Shown: positions 1-13,950 of the stretch, piece by piece
How the letters are laid out: each line of letters starts with the position of its first letter
How positions within the stretch are numbered: position 1 is the first letter of the stretch
Notes under the pieces: generated by a model
What the model was told of the DNA's origin: nothing
The model's input: only the letters and a program-made list of their open reading frames with translations
The model's database searches: none
Source: Eledone cirrhosa
Lineage: Eukaryota
Length of the DNA stretch: 64,000 nucleotides
Assembly (NCBI GenBank): GCA_964016885.1
Contig: OZ024744.1
Span: 28,148,001 to 28,212,000, forward strand
Direction: 5' to 3'
Program-made: the position numbers and the translations under genes

Positions 1-2600
1 AACAACAACAACAACAGTGAGAATAACAGTTATAACAGCGACAACAACAACAGTCAAAAGAACAGTTATGACAGCGACAACAACAACAACAACAGTGACA
101 ATAACATTTATAAAAGTGACAACAACAACAGTGACAATAACAGTGATAACAGCGACAACAACAACAACAACAGTCACGATAACAGTGAAAACAGCGACAA
201 CAACAACAGTGACAATAACAGTGATAACAGCGACAACAACAACAACAACAGTGACAATAACAGTGATAACAGCGACAACAACAACAGTGACAATAACAGT
301 TATAACAGGGACAACAACAGTGACAATAACAGTTATAACAGCGACAACAACAACAACAGTGACAATAACAGTGATAACAGCGACAACAAAAACAACAGTG
401 ACAACAACAACAACAGTGACAATAACAGTGATAACAGCGACAACAACAACAGTGACAATAACAGTGATAACAGCGACAATAACAACAACAATGGCAATAA
501 CAGTGATAACAGCGAGAACAACAACAACAACAGTGACATTAACAGTTATAACAGCGACAACAACAACAACAACATTGACCATAACAGTGATAACAGCGAG
601 AACAACAACAACAACAATGACAATAACAGTGATAACAGCGACAACAACAACAACAACAATGACAGTTGTAACAGCGACAACAACAACAGTGACAATAACA
701 GTGATAACAGTGACAACAACAACAACAACAATGACAATAACAGCGATAACAGCGACAACAACAACAACAGTGACAATAACAGTGATAACAGCGATAACAA
801 CAACAACAACAGTGACCATAACAGTTATAACAGCGACAACAACAACAACAACAGCGACAACAACAACAACAATGACAATAACAGTGATAACAGCGACAAC
901 AACAACAACAGTGACAATAACAGCGATAACAGCGACAACAACAACAACAATGACAATAACAGTGATAACAGCGACAACCGCAACAACAACAGTGACAATA
1001 ACAGTGATAACAGCGACAACAGCAGTGAAAATAACAGTGATAACAGCCAGAACAACAACAACGATCACGATGACAGTGATAACAGCGACAACAACAACAA
1101 CAGTGACAATAACAGTGATAACAGCGACAACAACAACAACAGTGACAATTACAGTGATAACAGCGAGAACAACAACAACAACAGTGACAATAACAGTGAT
1201 AACAGCGAGAACAACAACAACAACAGTGACAATAACAGTTATAACAGCGACAATAACAACAACAATGACAATAACAGTGATAACAGCGACAACAACAACA
1301 ACATCAATGACAATAACAGTGACAAAAGCGACAACAACAACAACAGTGACAATAACAGTGATAACAGCGACAACAACAACAACATTGACAATAACAGTGA
1401 TAACAGCGACATCAACAACAACATTGACAATAACAGTGATAACAGCGACAATAACAACAACAATGACAATACCAGTGATAACAGCGACAGGAACAACAAC
1501 AATAATGACAATAACAGTGATAACAGCGAGAACAACAACAACAACAGTGACATTAACAGTTATAACAGCGACAACAGCAACAACAGTGACCATAACAGTG
1601 ATAACAGCGAGAACAACAACCACAACAATGACAATAACAGTTATAACAGCGACAACAACAACAACAACAATGACAGTTGTAACAGCGACAACAACAACAA
1701 CAGTGACAATAACAGTTATAACAGCGACATCAACAGTGACAATAACAGTTATAACAGCGACAACAACAACAGTGACAATAACAGTGATAACAGCGACAAC
1801 AACAACAACAATGACAATAACAGCGATAACAGCGACAACAACAACAACAACAACAGTGATAACAGCGATAACAACAACAACAACAACAGTGACCATAACA
1901 GTTATAACAGCGACAACAACAACAACAGCGACAACAACAACAAAAACAATTACAATAACAGTGATAACAGTGACAACAACAACAACAACAGTGACAATTA
2001 GAGCGATAACAGCGACAACAACAACAATGACAACAACAGTGATAACAGCGACAACCGCAACAACAACAGTGACAATAACAGTGATAATAGCGACAACAGC
2101 AGTGACAATAACAGTGATAACAGCCAGAACAACAACAACGATCACGATGACAGTGATAACAGCGACAACAACAACAACAACAGTGACAATAACAGTGATA
2201 ACAGCGAGAACAACAACAACAACAGCAGTGACAATAACAGTTATAACAGCGACAATAACAACAACAATGACAATAACAGTGATAACAGCGACAACACCAA
2301 CAACAACATCAATGACAATAACAGTGATAAAAGCGACAACAACAACAACAGTGACAATAACAGTGATAACAGCGACAACAACAACAACAACATTGACAAT
2401 AACAGTGATAACAGCGACAACAAGAACAACAGTGACATTAACAGTTATAACAGCGACAATAACAACAACAGTGACACTAAAAGTTATAATAACAGTGACA
2501 ACAGCGACAACAACAATGACAATAATAGTTATAGCAGCGACAACAACAACAACAACAACAGTAACTAATAACAGTTATATCACCGACAGCAACAACAACA
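1..2600 (+). repeat. Diverged dispersed copy of about 47230-49900 (and of about 42670-44930)
   Basis: Same order of variants and shared rare alleles: atttataaaagtgac, gacaggaac, gacatcaacagtgac, caattagagcgat, gataatagcgac, gacactaaaagtt. AAC run lengths differ between copies. Confidence 0.8.
2561..2590 (+). repeat. Higher-order repeat landmark monomer GTAACTAATAACAGTTATATCACCGACAGC (first of 18 copies)
   Basis: Copies start at about 2561, 4344, 9608, 11263, 13758, 21716, 29873, 36325, 38226, 38624, 39997, 42523, 47083, 49869, 51692, 51933, 54680 and 59929. Those at 36325, 51933 and 59929 each carry one substitution. The motif has a +1 T insertion and several substitutions relative to consensus. 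Confidence 0.9.
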
Positions 2601-3660
2601 ACAGTGACAATAACAGTTATAACAGCGACAACAACAGTGACAATAACAGTTATAACAGCGACAACAGCAGTGACAATAACAGTGATAACAGCCAGAACAA
2701 CAACAACGGCGATCACGATGACAGTGATAACAGCGACAACAACAACAACAACAGTGAGAATAACAGTTATAACAGCGACAACAACAACAGTCAAAAGAAC
2801 AGTTATGACAGCGACAACAACAACAACAACAGTGACAATAACATTTATAACAGTGACAACAACAACAGTGACAATAACAGTGATAACAGCGACAACAACA
2901 AAAACAGTGACGATAACAGTGAAAACAGCGACAAAAACCACAACAATGACAATAACAGTGATAACAGCGACAACAATGACAGTAACAGTTATAACAGCGA
3001 CAACAATGACAATAACAGTGATAACAGCGATAACAACAACAGTGACAATAACAGTGATAACAGCGACAACAACAACAACAGTGACAATAACAGTTATAAC
3101 AGCGAGAACAACAACAACAACAACAACAGCAGTGACAATAACAGTTATAACAGCGACAATAACAACAACAATGACAATAACAGTGATAACAGCGACAACA
3201 CCAACAACAACATCAATGACAATAACAGTGATAAAAGCGACAACAACAACAACAGTGACAATAACAGTGATAACAGCGACAACAACAACATTGACAATAA
3301 CAGTGATAACAGCGACAACAAGAACAAGAGTGACATTAACAGTTATAACAGCGACAACAACAACAACAATGACAATAATAGTTATAGCAGCGACAACAAT
3401 AGTGACAATAACAGTGATAACTGCGAGAACAACAACAACAACAGTGACAATAACAGTGATAACAGCGACAACAACAACAGTGACAATAACCATAACAACG
3501 ACAACAACGACAACAACAGCGACAATAACAGTGATGACAACGACGACACCAACAACAACAACACAACAACGGTGACAATAACAGCGACAACAACAACAAC
3601 AGCGACAATAACACTGATGACAACAACAACAACAAAGACAACAGTGACAATAACAGTGAT

Positions 3661-3691
<31 letters not shown>

Positions 3692-4343
3692 GTGACAATA
3701 ACAGCGACAACAACAACACCAGTGACAATAACAGTGATAACAGCGACAACAACAACAACAGTGTCGATAAAAGTGATAACAGCTACAACAACAACAACAA
3801 CAACAACAACAGTGACAATAACAATTATAACAGCGGCAACAACAACAACAGTGACAATAACAGTTATAACAGCGACAACAACAACAACAGTGACAATAAC
3901 AGTGATAATAGCGAGAACAACAACAACCACAGTGACAATAACAGTTATAACAGTGACAACAACAACAATGACAATAAGAGTGATAACAGCGACAACAACA
4001 ACAACAATGACAATAACAGTTATAACAGCGACAACAACACCAATAACAATAACAGTTATAAAAGCGACAACAACAACAACAGTGACAATAACAGTGATAA
4101 CAGAGACAACAACAACAACAATGCCAATAACAGTTATAACAGCGACAACAACAACAGAACAATAAAAGTGATAACAGCGACAACAACAACAACAAAACAA
4201 CAACAGTGACAATAACAGTGACAACAACAACAACAGTGACAGCAACAGTTATAACAGCGACAACAGCAGTGACAATAACAGTGATAACAGCCAGAACAAC
4301 AACAAGGACAATAATAGTTATAACAGCGAGAACAACAACAACA

Positions 4344-7300
4344 GTAACTAATAACAGTTATATCACCGACAGCAACAACAACAACAGTGACAATAACAGT
4401 TATAACAGCGACAACAACATTGGCAATAACAGTTATAACAGCGACAACAGCAGTGACAATAACAGTGATAACAGCCAGAACAACAACAACAACGATCACG
4501 ATGACAGTGATAACAGCGAGAACAACAACAACAACAGTGAGAATAACAGTTATAACAGCGACAACAACAACAGTCAAAAGAACAGTTATGACAGCGACAA
4601 CAACAACAACAACAATGACAATAACAGTGATAACAACAACAACAACAACAACAACAACAGTGACAATAACATTTATAACAGTGACAACAACAGTGACAAT
4701 AACAGTGATAACAGCGACAACAACAACAACAGTGACGATAACAGTGAAAACAGCGACAACAACAACAACAATGACAATAACAGTGATAACAGGGACAACA
4801 ATGACAGTCACAGTTATAACAGCGACAACAAAAACAACAACAATGACAATAACAGTGATAACAACGACAACAACAACAACAACAACAGTGACAATAACGG
4901 TGATAACAGCGACAACAACAACAACAGTGACAATAACAGTTATAACAGGGACAACAACAACAACAGTGACAATAACAGTTATAACAGCGACAACAACAAC
5001 AGTGACAATAACAGTTATAACAGCAACAACAACAACAACAACAACAGTGACAATAACAGTGATAACAGCGACAACAAAAACAACAGTGAGAATAACATTT
5101 ATAACAGTGGCAACAACAACAGTGACAATAACAGTGATAACAGCGACAACAACAACAAAAGTGACAATAACAGTGATAACAGCGACAATAACAACAACAA
5201 TGACAATAACAGTGATAACAGCGAGAACAACAACAACAGTGACATTAACAGTTATAACAGCGACAACAACAACAACAGTGACCATAACAGTGATAACAGC
5301 GAGAACAACAACATCAACAATGACAATAACAGTGATAACAGCGACAACAACAGTGACAATAACAGTGATAACAGCGACAACAACAACAACAATGACAATA
5401 ACAGCGATAACAGCGTCAACAACAACAAGAGTGACAATAACAGTGACAACAGCGATAACAACAACAACAACAACAGTGACCATAACAGTTATACAACAAC
5501 AACAACAGCGACAACAACAACAAAAACAATGACAATAACAGTGATAACAGCGACAACAACAACAACAACAGTGACAATAAGAGCGATAACAGCGACAACC
5601 GCAACAACAACAGTGACAATCACAGTGATAACAGCGACAACAGCAGTGAAAATAACAGTGATAACAGCCAGAACAACAACAACGATCACGACGACAGTGA
5701 TACCAGCGACAACAACAACAACAACAGTGACAATAACAGTGATAACAGCGACAACAACAACAACAACAACAACAGTGACAATTACAGTGATAACAGCGAG
5801 AGCAACAACAACAACAACAGCAGTGACAATAACAGTTATAACAGCGACAATAACAACAACAATGACACTAACAGTGATAACAGCGACAACAACAACAACA
5901 ACATCAATGACAATAACAGTGATAAAAGCGACAACAACAACAACAGTGACAATAACAGTGATAACAGCGACAACAACAACAACATTGACAATAACAGTGA
6001 TAACAGCGACAACAACAACAACAGTGACAATAACAGTGGTAACAGCGACAATAACAACAACAATGACAATACAATTGATAACAGCGACACGAACAACAAC
6101 AACAACATCAATGACAATAACAGTGATAACAGCGACAAGCGCAACAACAACAGTGACAATAACAGTGATAACAGCGACAACAGCAGTGACAATAACAGTG
6201 ATAACAGCGACAAAAACAACAACAACAGTGACAATAAGCATGATAACAACGACAACAACAACAACAACAACAGTGACAATAACAATTATAACAGCAGCAT
6301 CAACAACAACAGTGACAATAACAGTTATAACAGCGACAATAACAACAACAGTGACAATAACAGTGATAACAGCGAGAACAACAACAACCACAGTGACATA
6401 ACAGTTATAACAGTGACAACAACAACAATGACAATAACAGTGAGAACAGCGACAACAACAACAACAATGACAATAACAGTTATAACAGCGACAACAACAC
6501 CAATAACAACAACAGTTATAACAGCGACAACAACAACAACAGTGACAATAACAGTGATAACAGAGACAACAACAACAACAATGCCAATAACAGATATAAC
6601 AGCGACAACAACAACAACAATGCCAATAACAGTTATAACAGCGACAACAACAACAGAACAATAAAAGTGATAACAGCGACAACAACAACAACAAAACAAC
6701 AACAGTGACAATAACAGTGACAACAACAACAACAGTGAGAATAACAGTTATAACAGCGACAACAACAACAACAGTCAAAAGAACAGTTATGACAGCGACA
6801 ACAACAACAACAGTGACAATAACATTTATAACAGTGACAACAACAACAGTGACAATAACAGTGATAACAGCGACAGCAACAACAACAGTGACGATAACAG
6901 TGAAAACAGCGACAACAACAACAATGACAATAACAGTGATAACAGGGACAACAATTACAGTAACAGTTATAACAGCGACAACAATGACAATAACAGTGAT
7001 AACAGCGACAACAACAACAACAGTGACAATAACAGTTATAACAGCGACAACAACAACAGTGACAATAACAGTTATAACAGCGACAACAACAACAACAGTG
7101 ACAATAACAGTGATAACAGCGACAACAAAAACAACAGTGACAATAACATGTATAACAGTGACAACAACAACAACAGTGACAATAACAGTGATAACAGCGA
7201 CAACAACAACAGTGACAATAACAGTGATAACAGCGACAATAACAACAACAATGGCAATAACAGTGATAACAGCGAGAACAACAACAACAACAGTGACATT

Positions 7301-7700
7301 AACAGTTATAACAGCGACAACAACAACAACAGTGACCATAACAGTGATAACAGCGAGAACAACAACAACAACAAAAACAATGACAATAACAGTGATAACA
7401 GCGACAAGTGACAACAACAGTGACAATAACAGCGATAACAGCGACAACAACAACAACAATGACAATAACAGTGATAACAGCGACAACCGCAACAACAACA
7501 GTGACAATAACAGTGATAACAACGACAACAGCAGTGAAAATAACAGTGATAACAGCCAGAACAACAACAACGATCACGATGACAGTGATAACAGCGACAA
7601 CAACAACAACAACAGTGACAATTACAGTGATAACAGCGAGAACAACAACAACAACAGTGACAATAACAGTGATAACAGCGAGAACAACAACAACAACAAC
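4344..7700 (+). repeat. About 3-kb block with diverged copies at about 13758-16700, 21716-25000 (and its duplicate 29873-33160), and partly 39997-42400
   Basis: Shared aacatcaacaatgac, agcgtcaac, gatcacgacgacagtgataccagc, gagagcaac, gacaagcgc, aataagcatg (about 6236, 15201, 23474, 31631, 42025, 46585) and gacagcaacaacaacagtgacgat. Not every marker is present in every copy. Confidence 0.75.
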
Positions 7701-7759
7701 AACAGTGACAATAACAGTTATGACAGCGACAATAACAACAACAATGACAATAACAGTGA

Positions 7760-9650
7760 TAACAGCGACAACAACAGTGACAATAACAGTTATAACAGCG
7801 ACAACAGCAGTGACAATAACAGTGATAACAGCCAGAACAACAACAACGACGATCACGATGACAGTGATAACAGCGACAACAACAACAAAAACAGTGAGAA
7901 TAACAGTTATAACAGCGACAACAACAACAGTCAAAAGAACAGTTATGACAGCGACAACAACAACAACAACAGTGACAATAACATTTATAACAGTGACAAC
8001 AACAACAGTGACAATAACAGTGATAACAGCGACAACAACAAAAACAGTGACGATAACAGTGAAAACAGCGACAACAACAACAATGACAATAACAGTGATA
8101 ACAGCGACAACAATGACAGTAACAGTTATAACAGCGACAACAATGACAATAACAGTGATAACAGCGACAACAACAACAACAGTGACAATAACAGTGATAA
8201 CAGCGACAACAACAACAGTGACAATAACAGTTATAACAGGGACAACAACAACAACAGTGACAATAACAGTTATAACAGCGATAACAACAACAGTGACAAT
8301 AACAGTTATAACAGCGACAACAACAACAACATTGACAATAACAGTGATAATAGCGACAACAACAACAACATTGACAATAACAGTGATAACAGCGACAATA
8401 ACAACAACAATGACAATACCAGTGATAACAGCGACAGGAACAACAACAATAATGACAATAACAGTGATAACAGCGAGAACAACAACAACAACAGTGACAT
8501 TAACAGTTATAACAGCGACAACAGCAACAACAGTGACCAAAACAGTGATAACAGCGAGAACAACAACAACAACAATGACAATAACAGTTATAACAGCGAC
8601 AACAACAACAACAACAATGACAGTTGTAACAGCGACAACAACAGTGACAATAACAGTTATAACAGCGACAACAGCAACAACAGTGACCATAACAGTGATA
8701 ACAGCGAGAACAACAACAACAACAATGACAATAACAGTTATAACAGCGACAACAACAACAACAACAACAATGACAGTTGTAACAGCGACAACAACAACAA
8801 CAGTGGCAATAACAGTTATAACAGCGACAACAACAGTGACAATAACAGTTATAACAGCGACAACAACAACAGTGACAATAACAGTGATAACAGCGACAAC
8901 AACAACAACAACAGTCACAACAACAGTGATAACAGCGATAACAACAACAACAACAGTGACCATAACAGTTATAACAGCGACAACAACAACAACAGCGACA
9001 ACAACAACAAAAACAATTACAATAACAGTGATAACAGTGACAACAACAACAACAACAACAGTGACAATTAGAGCGAAAACAGCGACAACAACAACAACAA
9101 TGACAACAACAGTGATAACAGCGACAACCGCAACAACAACAGTGACAATAACAGTGATAACAGCGAGAAAAACAACAACAACAACAGCAGTGACAATAAC
9201 AGTTATAACAGCAACAACAACAACAACAACAACAACAGTGACAATAACAGTGATAACAGCGAGAACAACAACAAAAACAACAGCAGTGACAATAACAGTG
9301 ATAACAGCGACAACACCAACAACAACATCAATGACAATAACAGTGATAAAAGCGACAACAACAACAAGAGTGACAATAACAGTGATAACAGCGACAACAA
9401 CAACAACATTGACAATAACAGTGATAACAGCGACAACAAGAACAACAGTGACATTAACAGTTATAACAGCGACAATAACAACAACAGTGACACTAAAAGT
9501 TATAACACCGACAACAATAACTGACAATAACAGTGACAACAGCGACAACAACAACAACAACAATGACAATAATAGTTATAGCAGCGACAACAACAACAAC
9601 AACAACAGTAACTAATAACAGTTATATCACCGACAGCAACAACAACAGTG
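7760..9650 (+). repeat. About 1.9-kb block with diverged copies at about 36370-38260 and 49910-51730
   Basis: All three share ttagagcgaaaacagc (about 9068, 37581, 51083), agtcacaacaacagtgat, and aaaagttataacaccgacaacaataactgac (about 9496, 38110, 51582). Confidence 0.82.
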
Positions 9651-9749
9651 ACAATAACAGTTATAACAGCGACAACAACAGTGACAATAACAGTTATAAC
9701 AGCGACAACAGCAGTGACAATAACAGTGATAACAGCCAGAACAACAACA

Positions 9750-12330
9750 ACAACGATCACGATGACAGTGGTAACAGCGACAACAACAACAACAACAACA
9801 ACAGTGAGAATAACAGTTATAACCGCGACAACAACAACAGTCAAAAGAACAGTTATGACAGCGACAACAACAACAACAACAGTGACAATAACATTTATAA
9901 CAGTGACAACAACAACAGTGACAATAACAGTGATAACAGCGACAACAACAAAAACAGTGACGATAACAGTGAAAACAGCGACAACAACAACAATGACAAT
10001 AACAGTGATAACAGCGACAACAATAACAACAACAGTGATAATAACATTTATAACAGTGACAAAAACAACAGTGACAATAACAGTGATAACAGCGACAACA
10101 ACAACAGTGACGATAACAGTGAAAACAGCGACGACAACAACAACAACAACAATGACAATAACAGTGATAACAGGGACAACAATTACAGTAACAGTTATAA
10201 CAGCGACAACAATGACAATAACAGTGATAACATCGACAACAACAACAACAGTGACAATAACAGTGAAAACAGCGACAACAACAACAACAGTGACAATAAC
10301 AGTTATAACAGGGACAACAACAACAACAACAGTGACAATAACAGTTATAAAAGCGACAACAACAACAGTGACAATAACAGTTATAACAGCGACAACAACA
10401 ACAACAGTGACAATAACAGTGATAACAGCGACAACAAATCAACAGTGACAATAACATTTATAACAGTGACAACCACAACAACAGTGACAATAACAGTGAT
10501 AACAGCGACAACAACAACAACAGTGACAATAACAGTGATAACAGCCACAATAACAACAACAATGGCAATAACAGTGATAACAGCGAGAACAACAACAACA
10601 ACAGTGACATTAACAGTTATAACAGCGACACCAACAACAACAACAACAGTGACCATAACAATGATAACAGCGAGAACAACAACAACAACAATGACAATAA
10701 CAGTGATAACAGCGACAACAACAACAACAACAACAACAATGACAGTTGTGACAGCGACAACAACAACAACAGTGACAATAACAGTTATAACAGCGACAAC
10801 AACAGTGACAATAACAGTGATTACAGCGACAACAACAACAACAATGACAATAACAGTGATAACAGCGACAACAACAACGACAGTGACAATAACAGTGATA
10901 ACATCGAGAACAACAACAACCACAGTGACAATAACAGTTATAACAGTGACAACAACAACAATGACAATAACAGTTATAACAGCGACAACAACAACAACAA
11001 TGACAATAACAGTTATAACAGCGACAACAACACCAATAACAACAACAGTTATAACAGCGACAACAACAACAACAGTGACAAAAACAGTGATAACAGAGAC
11101 AACAACAACAACAATGCCAATAACAGTTATAACAGCGACAACAACAACATAACAATAAAAGTGATAACAGCGACAACAACAACAACAGTGACAACAACAG
11201 TTATAACAGCGACAACAACAACAAGGACAATAATAGTTATAACAGCGAGAACAACAACAACAGTAACTAATAACAGTTATATCACCGACAGCAACAACAA
11301 CAACAGTGACAATAACAGTTATAACAGCGACAACAACAGTGACAATAACAGTTATAACAGCGACAACAGCAGTGACAATAACAGTGATAACAGCCAGAAC
11401 AACAACAACAACGATCACGATGACAGTGATAACAGCGACAACAACAACAACAACAACAGTGAGAATAACAGTTATAACAGCGACAACAACAACAGTCAAA
11501 AGAACAGTTATGTCAGCGACAACAACAACAACAGTGACAATAACATTTATAACAGTGACAACAACAACAGTGACAATAACAGTGATAACAGCGACAACAA
11601 CAACAGTGACGATAACAGTGAAAACAGCGACAACAACAACAACAATGACAATAACAGTGATAACAGCGACAACAATAACAACAACAGTGACAATAACATT
11701 GATAACAGTGACAACAACAACAGTGACAATAACAGTGATAACAGCGACAACAACAGTGACGATAACAGTGAAAACAGCGACGACAACAACAACAACAATG
11801 ACAATAACAGTGATAACAGGGACAACAATGACAGTAACAGTTATAACAGCGACATCAATGACAATAACAGTGATAACAGCGACAACAACAACAGTGACAA
11901 TAACAGTTATAACAGCGACAACAACAACAACAGTGACAATAACAGTTATAACAGGGACAACAACAACAACAGTGACAATAACAGTTATAACAGCGACAAC
12001 AACAACAGTGACAATAACAGTTATAACAGCAACAACAGTGACAATAACAGTGATAACAGCGACAACAAAAACAACAGTGACAATAACATTTATAACAGTG
12101 ACAACAACAACAACAGTGACAATAATAGTGATAACAGCGACAACAACAACAACAGTGACAATAACAGTGATAACAGCGACAATAACAACAACAATGGCAA
12201 TAACAGTGATAACAGCGCGAACAACAACAACCACAACAATGACAGTTGTAACAGCGACAACCACAACAACAGTGACAATAACAGTTATAACAGCGACAAC
12301 AACAGTGACAATAACAGTGATAACAGCGAC
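9750..12330 (+). repeat. About 2.6-kb block with a diverged copy at about 55790-58480
   Basis: Rare alleles shared in the same order: tataaccgc (about 9820/55860), gtgataataacattta (10035/56075), gttgtgacagc (10745/56732), acatcgagaac (10901/56975), tatgtcagcgac (11510/57543), agcgcgaac (12214/58255). Confidence 0.8.
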
Positions 12331-13064
12331 AACAACAACAGTGACGATAACAGTGAAAACAGCGACAACAACAACAACAGTGACAATAACAGTGATAACA
12401 GGGACAACAATGACAGTAACAGTTATAACAGCGACAACAATGACAATAACAGTGATAACAGCGACAACAACAACAACAGTGACAATAACAGTGATAACAG
12501 CGACAACAACAACAACAGTGACAATAACAGTTATAACAGCGAGAACAACAACAACAACAACAACAACAACAGCAGTGACAATAACAGTTATAACAGCGAC
12601 AATAACAACAACAATGACAATAACAGTGATAACAGCGACAACACCAACAACAACATCAATGACAATAACAGTGATAAAAGCGACAACAACAATAACAGTG
12701 ACAATAACAGTGATAACAGCGACAACAACAACATTGACAATAACAGTGATAACAGCGACAACAAGAACAAGAGTGACATTAACAGTTATAACAGCGACAA
12801 CAACAACAACAATGACAATAATAGTTATAGCAGCGACAACAATAGTGACAATAACAGTGATAACTGCGAGAACAACAACAGTGACAATAACCATAACAAT
12901 GACAACAACGACAACAACAGCGACAATAACAGTGATGACAACGACGACACCAACAACAACAACACAACAACGGTGACAATAACAACGACAACAACAACAA
13001 CAGCGACAATAACACTGATGACAACGACAACAACAACAAAGACAACAGTGACAATAACAGTGAT

Positions 13065-13095
<31 letters not shown>

Positions 13096-13950
13096 GTGAC
13101 AATAACAGCGACAACAACAACACCAGTGACAATAACAGTGATAACAGCGACAACAACAACAACAACAACATTGTCGATAACAGTGATAACAGCTACAACA
13201 ACAACAACAACAACAACAGTGACAATAACAATTATAACAGCGGCAACAACAACAACAGTGACAATAACAGTTATAACAGCGACAACAACAACAACAGTGA
13301 CAATAACATTGATAACAGCGAGAACAACAACAACCACAGTGACAATAACAGTTATAACAGTGACAACAACAACAATGACAATAAGAGTGATAACAGCGAC
13401 AACAACAACAACAATGACAATAACAGTTATAACAGCGACAACAACACCAATAACAATAACAGTTATAAAAGCGACAACAACAACAACAGTGACAATAACA
13501 GTGATAACAGAGACAACAACAACAACAATGCATATAACAGTTATAACAGCGACAACAACAACAATGACAATAAAAGTGATAACAGCGACAACAACAACAA
13601 CAAAACAACAACAGTGACAATAACAGTGACAACAACAACAACAGTGACAACAACAGTTATAACAGCGACAACAAAAACAATAATGACAATAACAGTTATA
13701 ACAGCGACAACAACAACAAGGACAATAATAGTTATAACAGCGAGAACAACAACAACAGTAACTAATAACAGTTATATCACCGACAGCAACAACAACAACA
13801 GTGACAATAACAGTTATAACAGCGACAACAACATTGACAATAACAGTTATAACAGCGATAACAGCAGTGACAATAACAGTGATAACAGCCAGAACAACAA
13901 CAACAACGATCACGATGACAGTGATAACAGCGAGAACAACAACAACAACA
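11200..13950 (+). repeat. About 2.7-kb block with a diverged copy at about 51880-54900; its 3' half also matches about 2950-4560
   Basis: Shared tatgtcagcgac, aacattgataacagtgac, aagaacaagagtgac, gacgacaccaacaacaacaacacaacaacggtgac (about 3542, 12944, 53938), gtcgata and agctac. Confidence 0.78.

Noticed and set aside
17-4165. Long plus-strand Thr/Val/Ile-rich ORFs as mucin-like or ice-binding protein genes (also 15664-21531, 25189-29688, 33346-37584, 59972-63289)
   Set aside because: This frame of the repeat is intrinsically stop-free. There is no signal peptide, unique domain or non-repetitive flank, the ORFs overlap in several frames on both strands, and they mostly begin and end at indels.
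11161-13617. An intact DSPP-like, Sdr-like or Asn-rich protein gene in the SDN frame
   Set aside because: In-frame TAG codons are propagated among copies (1999, 9069, 17013, 25404, 33561, 37582, 44719, 49279, 51084, 59349) and frameshifts are frequent. Staphylococcal Sdr repeats use GAY-TCN codons rather than AGY. Only a possible ancestral link is retained as a finding.
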